From contig CAWIRJ010000005.1 in NCBI GenBank assembly GCA_963838475.1, positions 35,520 through 99,519 on the forward strand: 64,000 nt of DNA, given 5' to 3'. Below the pieces are notes generated by a model that saw only the letters and a program-made list of their open reading frames with translations, had not been told where the DNA came from and searched no databases. This DNA is from an uncultured Acidobacteriota bacterium. GTDB lineage: Bacteria > Acidobacteriota > Terriglobia > Acidiferrales > UBA7541. How positions within the stretch are numbered: the first letter of the stretch is position 1; the number at the start of each line of letters is the position of its first letter. Below are positions 51,210 to 62,228 of this stretch, one piece after another. A program made the translations under genes and the position numbers.

Positions 51210-52487
51210 TCAAGAGAGGGTTGAAATCCACGGGTAAGAAGCTGAGCCGCCCCCCGACTCGCTGATCACCATGTCATCTTCGCAGCGCATGCCGTACTTT
51301 CCGACGACGTAAATGCCAGGCTCATTTGAAAACGTCATCCCAGGTTTCAAAATCGTCCGGTTGCCACGAACCAGGTAGGGACTTTCGTGTCCATCCATTC
51401 CGATTCCGTGTCCAAGACGATGTGAGAAATATTTATAGGCCGGGCCGAAGCCAGCGTCAGTGATTACTTTTCTTGCGGCATCGTCCACCGATCCGCACTC
51501 ACGTTCGGCGATTGCCGCTGCCAGCGCAGCATCTTGGGCATTCCTCACGATTTCGAATGCCTGCTGCAGCTCCGTAGGTGGTTTACCCAGTACCCCCATT
51601 CTGGTGATATCTGATTGGTAGCCTGCGACCGTGGTGCCATCGTCAATCATCACGCCGATACCTTCCCGCAAAGTCTGTTCCTTGCGCGAACCATGGGGAA
51701 GGGCTGAGGAAGGCCCAAAGAATACCGACGCTTCGCCGCTCAGACCCATGCGCTCATAACCACGAACAACCATATCCGCGACCTGGCCTTGGGTCATGCC
51801 CTCTCGCAGTGATGCGAACGTGGCTTTGTACACATCGAAGGTCGCGCTGCAAGCAAGCCGCATAAGTTCAAGTTCGTGCTCGCTCTTTTGCGCCCGGCAT
51901 CCTACTGTGACAGGATCGCCGCTAACGTACTCCAGTGAGGTCGCAACGCTGCGCAGCCCATCGTAAAAAACGTATCGCGTGGTCTCTTCGACGGCGATTT
52001 TTCCCGTGAAAATGCCTCGTTCACCCAACCATTTTGCCGTAATCGTGTAGGGGTTATCGTCTTCCTGCCAAACGCGGATTTCGATCGGATTGCGAAGTTG
52101 TTCGCGCAGCCGGTTTTCTTCAAAAGCCGGACAAACAAGCAACGGATTTCCTTGGCGCGGAACCAAGAGAGCAAGAATGCGCTCGCTTGGCCACCAACCT
52201 ATACCTGTGTAATACAGCAGTGTGGTTCCCGGTGTGACAAATAACGCTTCAAACTGTGGCTTTGCATCAGTCATTAACCGCTGTGCGTGTACCACGCGAC
52301 CTTGCAATTCTTCAGGAGTGATGGGTTTCACGAGGTCGCCCAGCGGTTTCAATTTATCAAATGCTGCCGGCAACGATTGCGATTGGGTCTGCGCCGGATG
52401 TTGAGAAAGTCTAAACATTGATTTCGCAGCGACAGTTCCGGAGGCTACCGAGGCAGTCCTAAGTACATCGCGGCGAGAAATTTTCAT
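51210..52487 (-). CDS. Tat-signal M24 family Xaa-Pro peptidase
   Basis: RRDVLR twin-arginine N-terminus and a pita-bread domain with metal ligands (D..D..H..E..E: HRLGHGIGMDGHE, SNEPGIY, EDDMVI). Confidence 0.85.
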   Translation of the reverse strand: MKISRRDVLRTASVASGTVAAKSMFRLSQHPAQTQSQSLPAAFDKLKPLGDLVKPITPEELQGRVVHAQRLMTDAKPQFEALFVTPGTTLLYYTGIGWWPSERILALLVPRQGNPLLVCPAFEENRLREQLRNPIEIRVWQEDDNPYTITAKWLGERGIFTGKIAVEETTRYVFYDGLRSVATSLEYVSGDPVTVGCRAQKSEHELELMRLACSATFDVYKATFASLREGMTQGQVADMVVRGYERMGLSGEASVFFGPSSALPHGSRKEQTLREGIGVMIDDGTTVAGYQSDITRMGVLGKPPTELQQAFEIVRNAQDAALAAAIAERECGSVDDAARKVITDAGFGPAYKYFSHRLGHGIGMDGHESPYLVRGNRTILKPGMTFSNEPGIYVVGKYGMRCEDDMVISESGGGSASYPWISTLS

Positions 52488-52505
52488 CAGCTTTCCGATC
52501 GGGAA

Positions 52506-55337
52506 CTACTGAAAGTGCGAAATTAGCACAGCGTCGGTGACCACATGCCCGTTTGCGTAGATAATCTTTCTCCCGTCGGGCGACAAAGTATAGGAGTCCC
52601 ATTTGAAATCGGGGCCGAGACTCATTAGTTGCTTTGCAGGAACGGCCTTCGCACCAGGCGACGAAACCGGCTGTGCCCATAGCGTAACAACACCATCTTT
52701 ATTGATCGGATAAAGAACCGTTCGACCATCTTTTGTCCAGACGAGCTTGTGACCGCCGTCCCCGCCGAGTGCGACGTCCTGTGGCAAGTCGTACGTACTC
52801 TGGATTTCGCCGCCATTTAGCCCCACGATGGCGAGAAGTTTGCTCGTTTTAGTTGGGTCGGGAGTGTAAGCCACCGCAACCGAACTTCCATCTGGCGAGA
52901 TGGCGGGACTCTCCGCTTCCATCTTGCTGATTTCCGCTGCAGCGCCGCCATCGATCCCAATTTTCATCAAACGGTTCACGGGATCTAATATATTAACGTA
53001 AATAACAAATTTGCCATCCGGCGAGCAAGCAGGCTGAACATCTATTTTATCCGTCGACAATTGCGTGAGGTTTGTCCCATCGATATCCGCTCGCCATATG
53101 GTGCTGCCTCCTCCTGAGCCGCGACTGTTAAAAACAAAATGGCGTCCGTCTCCACAACCGGAAAGCCATCCGGGGGATTCGGCGCTTGGCGAAATATCAT
53201 GGATATTTGTACCGTCGGGCGAAGTGCTGGCCAATCTAAGAGCTCCTGACGAGTAGTATCCGTAGATTATCTTGTCCCCGGGAGCCCAAATAATTCCGGA
53301 AATACCATCGGCGCGGCTGATGCCACTCGTGATCTGTCGCGGCGGCGACAACGAAGCGCTACTGCCGAAATTTGTAATCCAGAGGTTCCCAGTGAGCCCG
53401 ACCTGCACGGTGGCAAGAGTCGATCCGTCGGACGTGATGCTGGCGTCAATGTAGAAATTCAAATCGTTTGTGATTCGACGCGCCTCGCCTCCCGGATAGC
53501 TCACTTCAAATAACTGGCTGTTTAGGGAGGTCTTATTCACACGCGCAGGAAAGAGAACGGCAGAACCCTCTGGTAGCCAAGCCATCTGGTCCGGCACGAT
53601 CCACTCGTTCGAACCGAGGCGTGTTTTGGCTTTGGAGTCCGTGTCCACGATCTCAATCGTAAATTTGTTGAACTCTCCGTTAGGGTTATCTGATATTGCA
53701 ATTTTCTTTCCGTCCGGAGACCATGCCGGTCCTGCGTTGGACAAAAAGTTCGGACGATTAAGCGTGAGCAGGGTTTGCTCCCCAGTCCCGTCCGCATTTG
53801 CAACAAGCAAGCTTGAGTTCTTTAGCTTGGTGGAAAAACGCACAAAAACAAAGCGCTTACCGTCAGGAGAGAAGCTAATGGGACTGTCAATGTCGGTGAT
53901 CACCTGGTGCGGAGAGCCGCCCAACGAAGGCACTTGGAACAGTGTTCCAAGCCCGGACAATTCATCGTGTTTCACAAAATAAAGATAATTTCCGTCCAGA
54001 GAAAATGTAAGGCCTTCAATCTCTCCGGGAGAACCGATTTCAACCTGTACCGTGCTGCCTGTAGCCAGTTGGCGAATCCAAATTGCGTGCGTTCCTTTTT
54101 CATCCGCAACATAGCAGAGCCATTTGCCGTCAGTCGATATGGCGACGGAATGAATGTTGCCGGTAGAGGTCACCGGCGTAATAGTCATTTGTGAAAACGA
54201 CGACGAGCTTTCGTGATGCGGGGCTCGATAGTGGAGGAACAAAGCGATCATCGCAGCCAGCCCGACGATAACGGGAACGATTTTCGCCAGAGTGCGCCAA
54301 CTTGACGTTGGAGGCGGTACCCCAGCGACTGCAGTCTGTGAACTTGCGGGAGCCGCTGTGGCTGCCGGTGAAGTCGGATAAGTACCCGATCGAGCTCCGC
54401 CGCCCGCGCCAGACCATGCGCTTCCGCTGCCACTGGCAGCGCGCCCTGAGTCCGAATCACGCTTGAGACGTTTCAGATCCCCTCGAAGCTCCGCCGCTGT
54501 TTGATAACGAAGGTCGCGGTCTTTCTCAAGAGACTTGCCTATGATCTCTTCCAGCTTTGGCGGCACGTTGGGATTCAAGGACGTCGGCGCAGCCGGACTT
54601 CGATTCAAAATCGAATCGAAAATTACCGCCGAAGTATTACCGGCGAACGCTGCCTGCCCCGTGGCCATTTCGTACAACACCGCGCCCAGACTGAAAAGAT
54701 CGGTGCGGGCGTCTAACTCTTCACCTCGTGCTTGCTCGGGAGACATATAAGCGATGGTTCCAATCGCCGAACCAGGGCTCGTGAGCAGAAGATTATCTGA
54801 AGTTATGTCGGTCGCCGTGCGACCAGCCCCCACAGATTCCGCAACTCGCCGAGATGCCGTTTGCTTTGCGAGACCGAAATCCAGAATCTTGGCTTGAGAA
54901 CGTGTGGTGATAAAAATATTTGCGGGCTTGATGTCGCGATGTACGATGCCGCGCGCGTGGGCCGCATCCAACGCATCCGCGATTTGCGCGCCCAGATCCA
55001 AGAGAACATCGGCGGCAATCGGCCGCCCAGAAATCCGTTCCCGCAGCGTCTGTCCTTCGAGTAATTCCATGACAAGAAACGGCCGGCCGTTATGTGAGCC
55101 CACGTCATAAATTGTGCAGATGCCAGGATGGTTCAACGAGGATGCGGCTCTAGCTTCGCGCTGGAACCGCTCCAAAGATCCGGAATCGCGTGCCAAATCT
55201 TCCGACAGGAATTTCAGCGCCACTTGGCGGCCTAACCGCGTATCTTCTGCGCGGTAAACCTGACCCATACCGCCGCTTCCCAAGGGATCGATGATTCGGT
55301 AATGCGAGATAGTTTCGCCCAACATTCGCACCAACAT
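52506..55337 (-). CDS. Ser/Thr protein kinase with TM helix and extracytoplasmic TolB-like (PD40) beta-propeller repeats
   Basis: Hanks kinase motifs ([28 protein letters not shown]), a TM helix, then repeated SPDG-type blades. ATG 55337 (alts 55325, TTG 55346). Confidence 0.9.
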   Translation of the reverse strand: MLVRMLGETISHYRIIDPLGSGGMGQVYRAEDTRLGRQVALKFLSEDLARDSGSLERFQREARAASSLNHPGICTIYDVGSHNGRPFLVMELLEGQTLRERISGRPIAADVLLDLGAQIADALDAAHARGIVHRDIKPANIFITTRSQAKILDFGLAKQTASRRVAESVGAGRTATDITSDNLLLTSPGSAIGTIAYMSPEQARGEELDARTDLFSLGAVLYEMATGQAAFAGNTSAVIFDSILNRSPAAPTSLNPNVPPKLEEIIGKSLEKDRDLRYQTAAELRGDLKRLKRDSDSGRAASGSGSAWSGAGGGARSGTYPTSPAATAAPASSQTAVAGVPPPTSSWRTLAKIVPVIVGLAAMIALFLHYRAPHHESSSSFSQMTITPVTSTGNIHSVAISTDGKWLCYVADEKGTHAIWIRQLATGSTVQVEIGSPGEIEGLTFSLDGNYLYFVKHDELSGLGTLFQVPSLGGSPHQVITDIDSPISFSPDGKRFVFVRFSTKLKNSSLLVANADGTGEQTLLTLNRPNFLSNAGPAWSPDGKKIAISDNPNGEFNKFTIEIVDTDSKAKTRLGSNEWIVPDQMAWLPEGSAVLFPARVNKTSLNSQLFEVSYPGGEARRITNDLNFYIDASITSDGSTLATVQVGLTGNLWITNFGSSASLSPPRQITSGISRADGISGIIWAPGDKIIYGYYSSGALRLASTSPDGTNIHDISPSAESPGWLSGCGDGRHFVFNSRGSGGGSTIWRADIDGTNLTQLSTDKIDVQPACSPDGKFVIYVNILDPVNRLMKIGIDGGAAAEISKMEAESPAISPDGSSVAVAYTPDPTKTSKLLAIVGLNGGEIQSTYDLPQDVALGGDGGHKLVWTKDGRTVLYPINKDGVVTLWAQPVSSPGAKAVPAKQLMSLGPDFKWDSYTLSPDGRKIIYANGHVVTDAVLISHFQ

Positions 55338-55574
55338 CGTAAACAACTAGTGAGTAGCACGCAAGCGCCCTGCACTAGTTCAATAAACAACCGTCGTCTG
55401 ACGAAAAAGTCTTACAAAATGTCAAAAAACGTCACGCCCTGCCAATAATTGTCCGGGCCATAAATACTACAATCATCGTGACAACTTTTTTTGGTTGCTT
55501 GGGTTTCACTTCCAGCAGCCGAACCGGGCTTCGGCCCTCGGCAATTATCGAATACCTAAATTAGGAGAAAATTA

Positions 55575-56978
55575 ATGTTAATCCGCAAAGGTATGGGTGT
55601 GTTCGTTGCGTGTTTCGCTGCAGTTTTGCTCTCAAGTTGCGGCGGAGGCTCCACCAGTTCTACTTCTTCGCCCGCGCCAAGCAGTCAGGCTTCCGTATTC
55701 ACAATTGGCACCGACGCTCCGCTCCCGAGCGTGGTGTCTTGCCAAATCATGGTGACCGGTATCACGATTTTCAACGGGACAACGAATGTAAGCGTGTTAC
55801 CGGAGCCTCAGGTAGTAGACTTCGCGCAGTTCAACGGCCTGCATCAGCTTGTCGATCTAAGCTCGGTGCCAACTGGCACGTATACGTCGGCTACCGTTAC
55901 ACTCGCATCCCCGGTCATTGGGTACGTAAATGTAAATCCGCCGAATCCTCCGACCGCCTCCACAATCAGCGCAACTTTGTCGGAATCTTCCGTCACCGTA
56001 AATTTTACTCAGCCGTTCGTGCTGCAAAACAGTGACCTAGTGGGCTTGCGCATGGAATTTGATTTGCGCCAGTCAATACAAACCGATACCAACGGCCAAG
56101 TAACCGGCGTGATCAATCCGGTGTTTGAAATGCAGTTGCTTAATTCCACCGATGCGGGCGTTTCCATTGATGATTTTCACGCCGGCGTCGTTGGTGTCAC
56201 TAGCGGCAACACATTCACCGTTCAGGGGCCTCATGGGCGCCAGTGGCAGGTGAGTACGGATAGCAATACCATTTTTGACGATCCCGACTCGCCGATCAGC
56301 TCTTTCACTACGAACACAATCGTATCCCTTACCGGCACGCTTGATCCAGTCACTCATGCGATTGACGCTTCCGAAGTGGAAGTAATTTCGAATGACAAGT
56401 TTTACCTCGGTGGGTTGCTCACCTACGTCAACCCCGCTTCGCCTCTGCCAGCGACGCAAGCGGACATCTATGTGCGTGAAGAACTCCCCGCAATCCCAGG
56501 GATTTCAGACGGCGAGATTGAATCTCTCAGTTTGAACGGCAGCGAGATTTACAGAATCGGCCACATCGATCTGCCTCTTACTACTTTGTTGTTCAACAAT
56601 ACTCTGATGGCTCCGGGACAGCGCGTTGACATTGGAGGTCCACTTACGACCTCGAATGGCACAGATACCTTAACCGTTCACCGGGTCATTTTGCGTCGTC
56701 AAGGGCAAGCCGGTTCGTGGGTCCCGGGGAGCACTGTCGTCCAGTCGGGAAATATGGGAAGCTTTCAGCTAGCCGACGAATGGACGGCAGGAATTCTGCT
56801 GCCGAGCCCGCTTACTGTGCTCACGACTAACGACACAAACTTCATAAATCTGAGTGGCTTGAGTGCGCTTACTGGCGCGGGACCGATTCAGATACGTGTG
56901 GTTGGTTTCATTTTAATCAATCAAATTACGGGTCAGCCGGTGATGGTGGCTCGGTCTGTGGAACAACTCAATTCATAA
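55575..56978 (+). CDS. Lipoprotein of unknown function (DUF4382-like N-terminal region, tentative)
   Basis: Lipobox LLSSC followed by a Ser/Thr-rich linker. All-beta-looking sequence. AGGAGAAAA SD. Confidence 0.75.
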   Translation: MLIRKGMGVFVACFAAVLLSSCGGGSTSSTSSPAPSSQASVFTIGTDAPLPSVVSCQIMVTGITIFNGTTNVSVLPEPQVVDFAQFNGLHQLVDLSSVPTGTYTSATVTLASPVIGYVNVNPPNPPTASTISATLSESSVTVNFTQPFVLQNSDLVGLRMEFDLRQSIQTDTNGQVTGVINPVFEMQLLNSTDAGVSIDDFHAGVVGVTSGNTFTVQGPHGRQWQVSTDSNTIFDDPDSPISSFTTNTIVSLTGTLDPVTHAIDASEVEVISNDKFYLGGLLTYVNPASPLPATQADIYVREELPAIPGISDGEIESLSLNGSEIYRIGHIDLPLTTLLFNNTLMAPGQRVDIGGPLTTSNGTDTLTVHRVILRRQGQAGSWVPGSTVVQSGNMGSFQLADEWTAGILLPSPLTVLTTNDTNFINLSGLSALTGAGPIQIRVVGFILINQITGQPVMVARSVEQLNS

Positions 56979-57004
56979 CTGACGCGAAGACTGCCGTCAG
57001 CGTC

Positions 57005-57050
57005 GCTGCCCCGTATTCGGTTAACCCCGAGCGGGGCAGCGGATTTTTGT
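57005..57050 (+). terminator. Intrinsic terminator after the lipoprotein gene
   Basis: GCTGCCCCG (57005-57013) pairs with CGGGGCAGC (57032-57040), followed by GGATTTTTG. Confidence 0.8.
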
Positions 57051-57126
57051 TCGCGAACCACTTTGATGCCACGCAAGTATAGTTCCCACAAGCGTAGTCC
57101 GACCGAATAGGAAAACCGTTTCGAAG

Positions 57127-57348
57127 CTAACGAGTCCACCACGCAACTGCGATGCCGGCTGCGACCGCAGTCACTATCGTGAGCGTAAGCCACCGTGGCG
57201 GCATTTCTAGCTCGGGCACTTTTAGTTTAATTGCTTTCGGGATGTTGATTGTCTTAACCGAACGTTCTTGCGGAACTGGCACTCCGGGTATTAAAGGTTG
57301 CTCAGGCTTAAAAGGATCGCGTGGCTGATTTTCGTCGGACATAACCAT
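57127..57348 (-). CDS. Hypothetical small Pro-rich protein with C-terminal TM anchor
   Basis: 73 aa with a C-terminal helix WLTLTIVTAVAAGIAVAWW. No clear SD and no recognisable family. Confidence 0.4.
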   Translation of the reverse strand: MVMSDENQPRDPFKPEQPLIPGVPVPQERSVKTINIPKAIKLKVPELEMPPRWLTLTIVTAVAAGIAVAWWTR

Positions 57349-57464
57349 CCAATGAAAGGGATACCTAGATTGAATGGTCCAATGTCAAATTGCAAGAATG
57401 CCCTGCGCTAGTGCTGTTAACCCTTTCGCATGAGCGAAAAGAACCTTAACGGTGGCAGCGACAC

Positions 57465-57803
57465 TCAAGCAGGGCGTTCAATTTGTACCGAATGGTGCGC
57501 AACGTATTCGTGGAGGTTTGCGAGGATCAAAAGAAGTTCGAGCATGCGATCTCTTTGCTCGGGTTTCGGCTCGTCCGCGCCTTCTTCTAGATTCTTTACG
57601 ATCGTCAGCGCATCAGAGAGCAGCCATTGAAGTCCGGCCGGATCAATCATGCGCCCTTCGCGGCATCGTTCAAGAGCTAAATCCGTACGAACAAAAGCTT
57701 CGTCTACAAAATGGTCCAGGCATAGCCGTACAGCGGCGAGCGCCGTTGGAATCGAGTTAGGACACCCGGCCCTCTGACATTTTCCGGGTACGTTCGCGTC
57801 CAT
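57465..57803 (-). CDS. Hypothetical 112-aa cytoplasmic protein with N-terminal Cys cluster
   Basis: C-x4-C-x13-C-x2-H (KCQRAGCPNS...RLCLDH) then a helical acidic region. The plus-strand overlapping ORFs are Arg-rich shadow frames. ATG 57803 (alt GTG 57806). Confidence 0.5.
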   Translation of the reverse strand: MDANVPGKCQRAGCPNSIPTALAAVRLCLDHFVDEAFVRTDLALERCREGRMIDPAGLQWLLSDALTIVKNLEEGADEPKPEQRDRMLELLLILANLHEYVAHHSVQIERPA

Positions 57804-57951
57804 CACACACCCCAGGTTCTCGAGTGATTACTAACTCAAGATAGGCGCGAGAGTAACACATTTTTTTGGAAGCAAGCGAAGATGCGCCGAAAAGCGCAAT
57901 AGCGTATCGAAACGCGAGCAAAACTCAAACATCTCACGCGGACGATGAGAA

Positions 57952-57975
57952 GGGCGCTCAAATGCAGCCCTTTTT
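57952..57975. terminator. Hairpin just downstream of the DUF4097 gene stop (A-run/T-run flanked)
   Basis: GGGCGC...GCAGCCC stem with one bulge, at 57952-57970. TTTTT on the plus side and UUCUC on the minus side. Confidence 0.4.
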
Positions 57976-57986
57976 CCGACAAAGCT

Positions 57987-58970
57987 TTAGTGAATTTCGA
58001 TTGTTCCTGAACTTGTGCTCAGTTCCACCAAGGGACCGCCCGCGCCTACTTTACCTTGTAACTCTCGAGGGCTGATCTTGCCGTGAACACTAATTTCATG
58101 GGCCGTCTCGATATTCCCGGAACTGGTCCGCGCAACTAGGTTGAACGCAGCTTGCGGCGGGAAATCCACGCTGACACTTCCTGAGCCGCTGTGGAGCCTC
58201 CAGTCGCCAGTCGGATCCCCTTGAGCAGTGATGCTTCCGCTTCCTGTTGTTACCTTGGCTCCGCCTTTCACCCCCTTTATCTCCACATCGCCCGAGCCTG
58301 TGCTGATCTCCACATCTCCGGCCGCAGTTTGTTCCAATTTTACGTCGCCGCTCCCACTTGAGGCTATCAGGCCCCCGCCAATCCCGATCGCTCGTATCGT
58401 CCCGCTGCCTGCGGACGCGTGAGCATTTCCGCGAATCGTTTCGAGTTCAATGTCGCCCGATCCCGTCCGAGCGCGCACTTCGCTGCCAATGTTTTTCACG
58501 TGTAAACTGCCAGAGCCGCTGTTCATATCGGCCGGACCGCTGATTCCATCCGCTCGTTGATCGCCTGATCCGGATTCAGACCGCAGCTTCGTTTGTAACG
58601 GTACAACTAGTTCGTAGCTAATCGAAATATTATGTTTCCAGTCGCGGTTTTCGATGTGGCCTATGCGAATCGTATTCCCGCTCTGTTCGATAGGAGGATT
58701 GTTTTCGATTTCGTGGATATGCTGCTCAACATCGCCCCAGCCGCTTCCGCGGATCTTAGCGTGAATTTCTACTTTGGATGAATCACCGGTGCGCAAGGTA
58801 ATGTCACCAGAGCCGGTCTGCACATCCAAATCTACGGCCCCGGTTACATTCAAGGTACGATCAAAATGTCCTTCGCTGCTTCCAGCTAAAACTGGAGACG
58901 CGACTATAGCAACGGCCAACGCCATCATTACGAGCAATCCCGAAACTGCGCGCAAACGAACTTTCATCAT
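57987..58970 (-). CDS. Secreted DUF4097 (LiaG-like, putative beta-helix/adhesin) protein
   Basis: Signal peptide after AGGAGG-ATGATG (58970/58967). Many GSGD/GSGS-V/I repeats typical of DUF4097. The ORF-track start at 59015 is over-extended. Confidence 0.8.
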   Translation of the reverse strand: MMKVRLRAVSGLLVMMALAVAIVASPVLAGSSEGHFDRTLNVTGAVDLDVQTGSGDITLRTGDSSKVEIHAKIRGSGWGDVEQHIHEIENNPPIEQSGNTIRIGHIENRDWKHNISISYELVVPLQTKLRSESGSGDQRADGISGPADMNSGSGSLHVKNIGSEVRARTGSGDIELETIRGNAHASAGSGTIRAIGIGGGLIASSGSGDVKLEQTAAGDVEISTGSGDVEIKGVKGGAKVTTGSGSITAQGDPTGDWRLHSGSGSVSVDFPPQAAFNLVARTSSGNIETAHEISVHGKISPRELQGKVGAGGPLVELSTSSGTIEIH

Positions 58971-59075
58971 TTTCCTCCTAGGCGAATTTGTCCTGTCTAG
59001 GCAAAAGGTACGCAATATGCGGGTAAAAAGTTCAGATGAAGATTAACGTTTCAGGTGAGCGCGGCATTTAAGGTT

Positions 59076-62066
59076 CTAGGCTGCTGTGCCGTGGCACTTC
59101 TTGTACTTCTTGCCCGATCCGCAAGGACAGGGATCGTTGCGCCCGACTTTTGCCGCAGCGCGAATTGGTTTAGGCGCCGTTTCCGCTTGCGCTGGGCCTG
59201 CCTGGAACTGCAGATCTCGTTGCTGACGCTGCTGACGTTGTTCGATTTTCTTGGCCTCATCTTCGGGCCGGGCGGGCTGCATTAGGAATAAGAAGCGAAC
59301 AGCTTCCGTATCGATGCGGTCCATCAAAGAGTCAAATAGGATGAAGGCTTCTTTCTTGAACTCTACGAGCGGATCTTTCTGGCCATAACCGCGCAGACCG
59401 ATTCCTTCTTTCAAATGATCAAGCGTCAGGAGATGGTCTTTCCATTGAGCATCTACAACGTCCAAAAGTATGTGGCGTTCGAGCCAGCGAAGAGTCTGCG
59501 CGCCGAAAAGAGTTTCCTTTTCTTCGTAACGCGCTTTCGTTTTCTCCACCATGGCATCCGCAAGCGTGTCCTGATTCAGAGCAGCAAAATCGAAGCCAGC
59601 CCCCTTAGGATCAAAGCCAAACTGATTCAGTACTTCGTTGCTGAACTGTGTGACGTTCCACTGGTCAGGGTGTTGCTCGCGCGGGCAATATGTTTCCACC
59701 AACTCGTTCGCAATCGCTTCGGCGCGCTCCAGAATGTAATCTTTTTGATCGCGGCCTTCCAGGAACGAGCGGCGCAGACCGTAGATCGTTTCGCGCTGCT
59801 TGTTCATCACATCGTCGTACTCCAACAGGTGTTTGCGCGCTTCGAAGTTCTGGGCTTCCACCGCCTTTTGCGCGTTTTCGATTCGTCGACTGATTAGCTT
59901 GGACTCGATCGGCACGCCTTCGGTCATCCCCAGGCGGAACATCAGAGCTTTCACGCGATCGCCGCCAAATATTCGAAGCAAGTCGTCTTCGAGCGAAAGA
60001 AAAAACCGTGATGCTCCGGGATCTCCTTGGCGTCCGGCGCGCCCTCTTAGCTGATTATCAATGCGCCGCGCTTCGTGCCGTTCTGTTCCCAGAATGTGTA
60101 GGCCACCCATCGCCACAACTTCATCGTGCTCAGACTTGCACTGTTCCGCAAACTGATCGAATATCGGTTTCCAGTGATCGAGAGGCACCTGATAAATCTT
60201 GCCTTCCTGTTGGAATAGCACCATCGCACTGGCTGTGGCGCTCGATCCATTTGAGCTGCCGGTCGAAGTTGATGTTGCCGCGCTCGTGGTAGTAGCCGTC
60301 GCCGTAGAGGTTGACGCAATGCTAGTTCCGCCGACAGCCGAAGATGCGGTTGCAGCGTCCGCCTGCGCCGGTGTTTCCGTTCCGGGAGCCGCTCCGATTA
60401 CCGCGCTCGCCGGTGCGTACGGAATCGCCATCTTATTTTTCAGAAAATACTCGCGCGTCATCGCTTCCGGATTTCCGCCCAACAGAATGTCCGTGCCGCG
60501 CCCGGCCATGTTGGTGGAAACTGTCACTGCGCCTTTGCGTCCTGCCTGCGCAATGATCTTGGCTTCCCGCTCGTGTTGCTTCGCGTTCAACACCTGAAAC
60601 GGTATGCCCGTCTTCTTCAATATCTCCGCGATCTTCTCCGATTTCTCGATCGAAATGCTGCCTACCAGCACCGGCTGCCCGCTCTCGTGAAATTGTCGAA
60701 TGCCACCAACGCGCGTACCGTCTTCCTGAATGATTCCGTTGACAGCCGCTTCAAATTTTTCAGCCTCGGTGCGGTAGACCACGTCGGGGTTTTCAATCCG
60801 AATCAGCGTCTTGTTGGTAGGGATCGCCACAACTTCCAATTTGTAAATTTTGTCAAATTCAGCCGCTTCGGTATCCGCCGTGCCTGTCATGCCGGAAAGC
60901 TTCTTGTACATGCGGAAGTAATTCTGGAACGTAATAGTCGCCAACGTCTGATTTTCGCGCTCGATTTTCACGCCTTCTTTCGCTTCCACCGCCTGGTGCA
61001 ATCCGTCGGACCATCTCCGACCGGGCATTTGGCGGCCGGTGAACTCGTCCACGATTACGATCTGGCCGTCTTTGATGACGTAGTCCACGTCTTTCTGGAA
61101 GAGTGCGTGCGCGCGCAACGCTTGATATACGTGATGAATGACGTCCATGTTCGCCGGGTCATATAAATTGCCCAGGTTCAGCAGACGTTCGCATTTCGAC
61201 ACACCTTCTTCCGTCAGAGTCGAGGTGCGATGCTTTTCATCCAGCGTGTAGTCAATATCCAAAATCAGCTTCGGAATGATTTTGTCGATGCGGTAATACT
61301 TGTCAGTAGATTCTTCGGCCGGCCCGGAAATAATCAGCGGAGTGCGCGCTTCGTCAATCAAAATCGAGTCCACTTCGTCTACAACGGCGAAGTGGTGTCC
61401 ACGCTGTACGCAATCTTTCAAATCGTACTTCATGTTGTCGCGCAGGTAATCAAAACCAAATTCGTTGTTGGTGCCGAAAGTAATGTCCGCGCCGTAAGCC
61501 GCTCGCCGTTGCACGTCGTCCAAATCGTGGACGATCACGCCCACGGTTAGCCCAAGCATCTTGTAAATCGGCCCCATCCACTCCGCGTCGCGACGGGCCA
61601 GGTAATCGTTCACTGTTACGATGTGGACGCCTTGCCCCGTAAGCGCGTTCAAATAGGCAGGCAGGGTGGCGACGAGCGTTTTGCCTTCGCCAGTTTTCAT
61701 CTCGGCGATTTTTCCTTCGTGCAGCACGATGCCGCCGATTAACTGAACGTCAAAATGGCGCATTCCCAGCGTGCGACGTCCCGCTTCACGGACCAACGCG
61801 AATGCAGGAATCAGCGCAGGCTCCAGCGCCTCTTGTAGTTTCTTCTTGTAGTCCGGATCGTCACGTTCCAGGCCGGACATCCGCGCTTGAACCTCGGCCC
61901 TGAGTACCGGAGTTCGCGCGGTAATCTCCGCATCCGAGAGTTTTTTCATCTCCGGCTCGAGTTCGTTAATCGCAGCCACCATCGGCTGAATGGCCTTCAC
62001 GTCGCGCTCGTGTTTCGTTCCAATAAACCGCGCGACTACGCCATTTATAAGTTTTTCTACATCCAT
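59076..62066 (-). CDS. secA: Preprotein translocase ATPase SecA (996 aa, with a Ser/Thr/Ala low-complexity insertion)
   Basis: Walker [39 protein letters not shown], and the C-terminal zinc finger [14 protein letters not shown]. Confidence 0.97.
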   Translation of the reverse strand: MDVEKLINGVVARFIGTKHERDVKAIQPMVAAINELEPEMKKLSDAEITARTPVLRAEVQARMSGLERDDPDYKKKLQEALEPALIPAFALVREAGRRTLGMRHFDVQLIGGIVLHEGKIAEMKTGEGKTLVATLPAYLNALTGQGVHIVTVNDYLARRDAEWMGPIYKMLGLTVGVIVHDLDDVQRRAAYGADITFGTNNEFGFDYLRDNMKYDLKDCVQRGHHFAVVDEVDSILIDEARTPLIISGPAEESTDKYYRIDKIIPKLILDIDYTLDEKHRTSTLTEEGVSKCERLLNLGNLYDPANMDVIHHVYQALRAHALFQKDVDYVIKDGQIVIVDEFTGRQMPGRRWSDGLHQAVEAKEGVKIERENQTLATITFQNYFRMYKKLSGMTGTADTEAAEFDKIYKLEVVAIPTNKTLIRIENPDVVYRTEAEKFEAAVNGIIQEDGTRVGGIRQFHESGQPVLVGSISIEKSEKIAEILKKTGIPFQVLNAKQHEREAKIIAQAGRKGAVTVSTNMAGRGTDILLGGNPEAMTREYFLKNKMAIPYAPASAVIGAAPGTETPAQADAATASSAVGGTSIASTSTATATTTSAATSTSTGSSNGSSATASAMVLFQQEGKIYQVPLDHWKPIFDQFAEQCKSEHDEVVAMGGLHILGTERHEARRIDNQLRGRAGRQGDPGASRFFLSLEDDLLRIFGGDRVKALMFRLGMTEGVPIESKLISRRIENAQKAVEAQNFEARKHLLEYDDVMNKQRETIYGLRRSFLEGRDQKDYILERAEAIANELVETYCPREQHPDQWNVTQFSNEVLNQFGFDPKGAGFDFAALNQDTLADAMVEKTKARYEEKETLFGAQTLRWLERHILLDVVDAQWKDHLLTLDHLKEGIGLRGYGQKDPLVEFKKEAFILFDSLMDRIDTEAVRFLFLMQPARPEDEAKKIEQRQQRQQRDLQFQAGPAQAETAPKPIRAAAKVGRNDPCPCGSGKKYKKCHGTAA

Positions 62067-62228
62067 AATTTCGGCTGCGTTCCTTAGACTCGTACTTTAC
62101 GCGCGAAGGTCTGCCGGTCTCTTCAATTTCGCAAACCCAATACTCCATTGTATCCGCTCGCGCACCTTCGTGCAAAGCGCCCGCTCCATCATCGTTTTCG
62201 CCTTATTTTCCCCTGTTTTTGCGGGCCT

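Noticed and set aside
57430-57760. Plus-strand ORFs of 66 and 102 aa overlapping the 112-aa minus-strand gene
   Set aside because: They are Arg/Ser-rich shadow-like sequences, while the minus-strand product has a balanced, helical protein-like composition.
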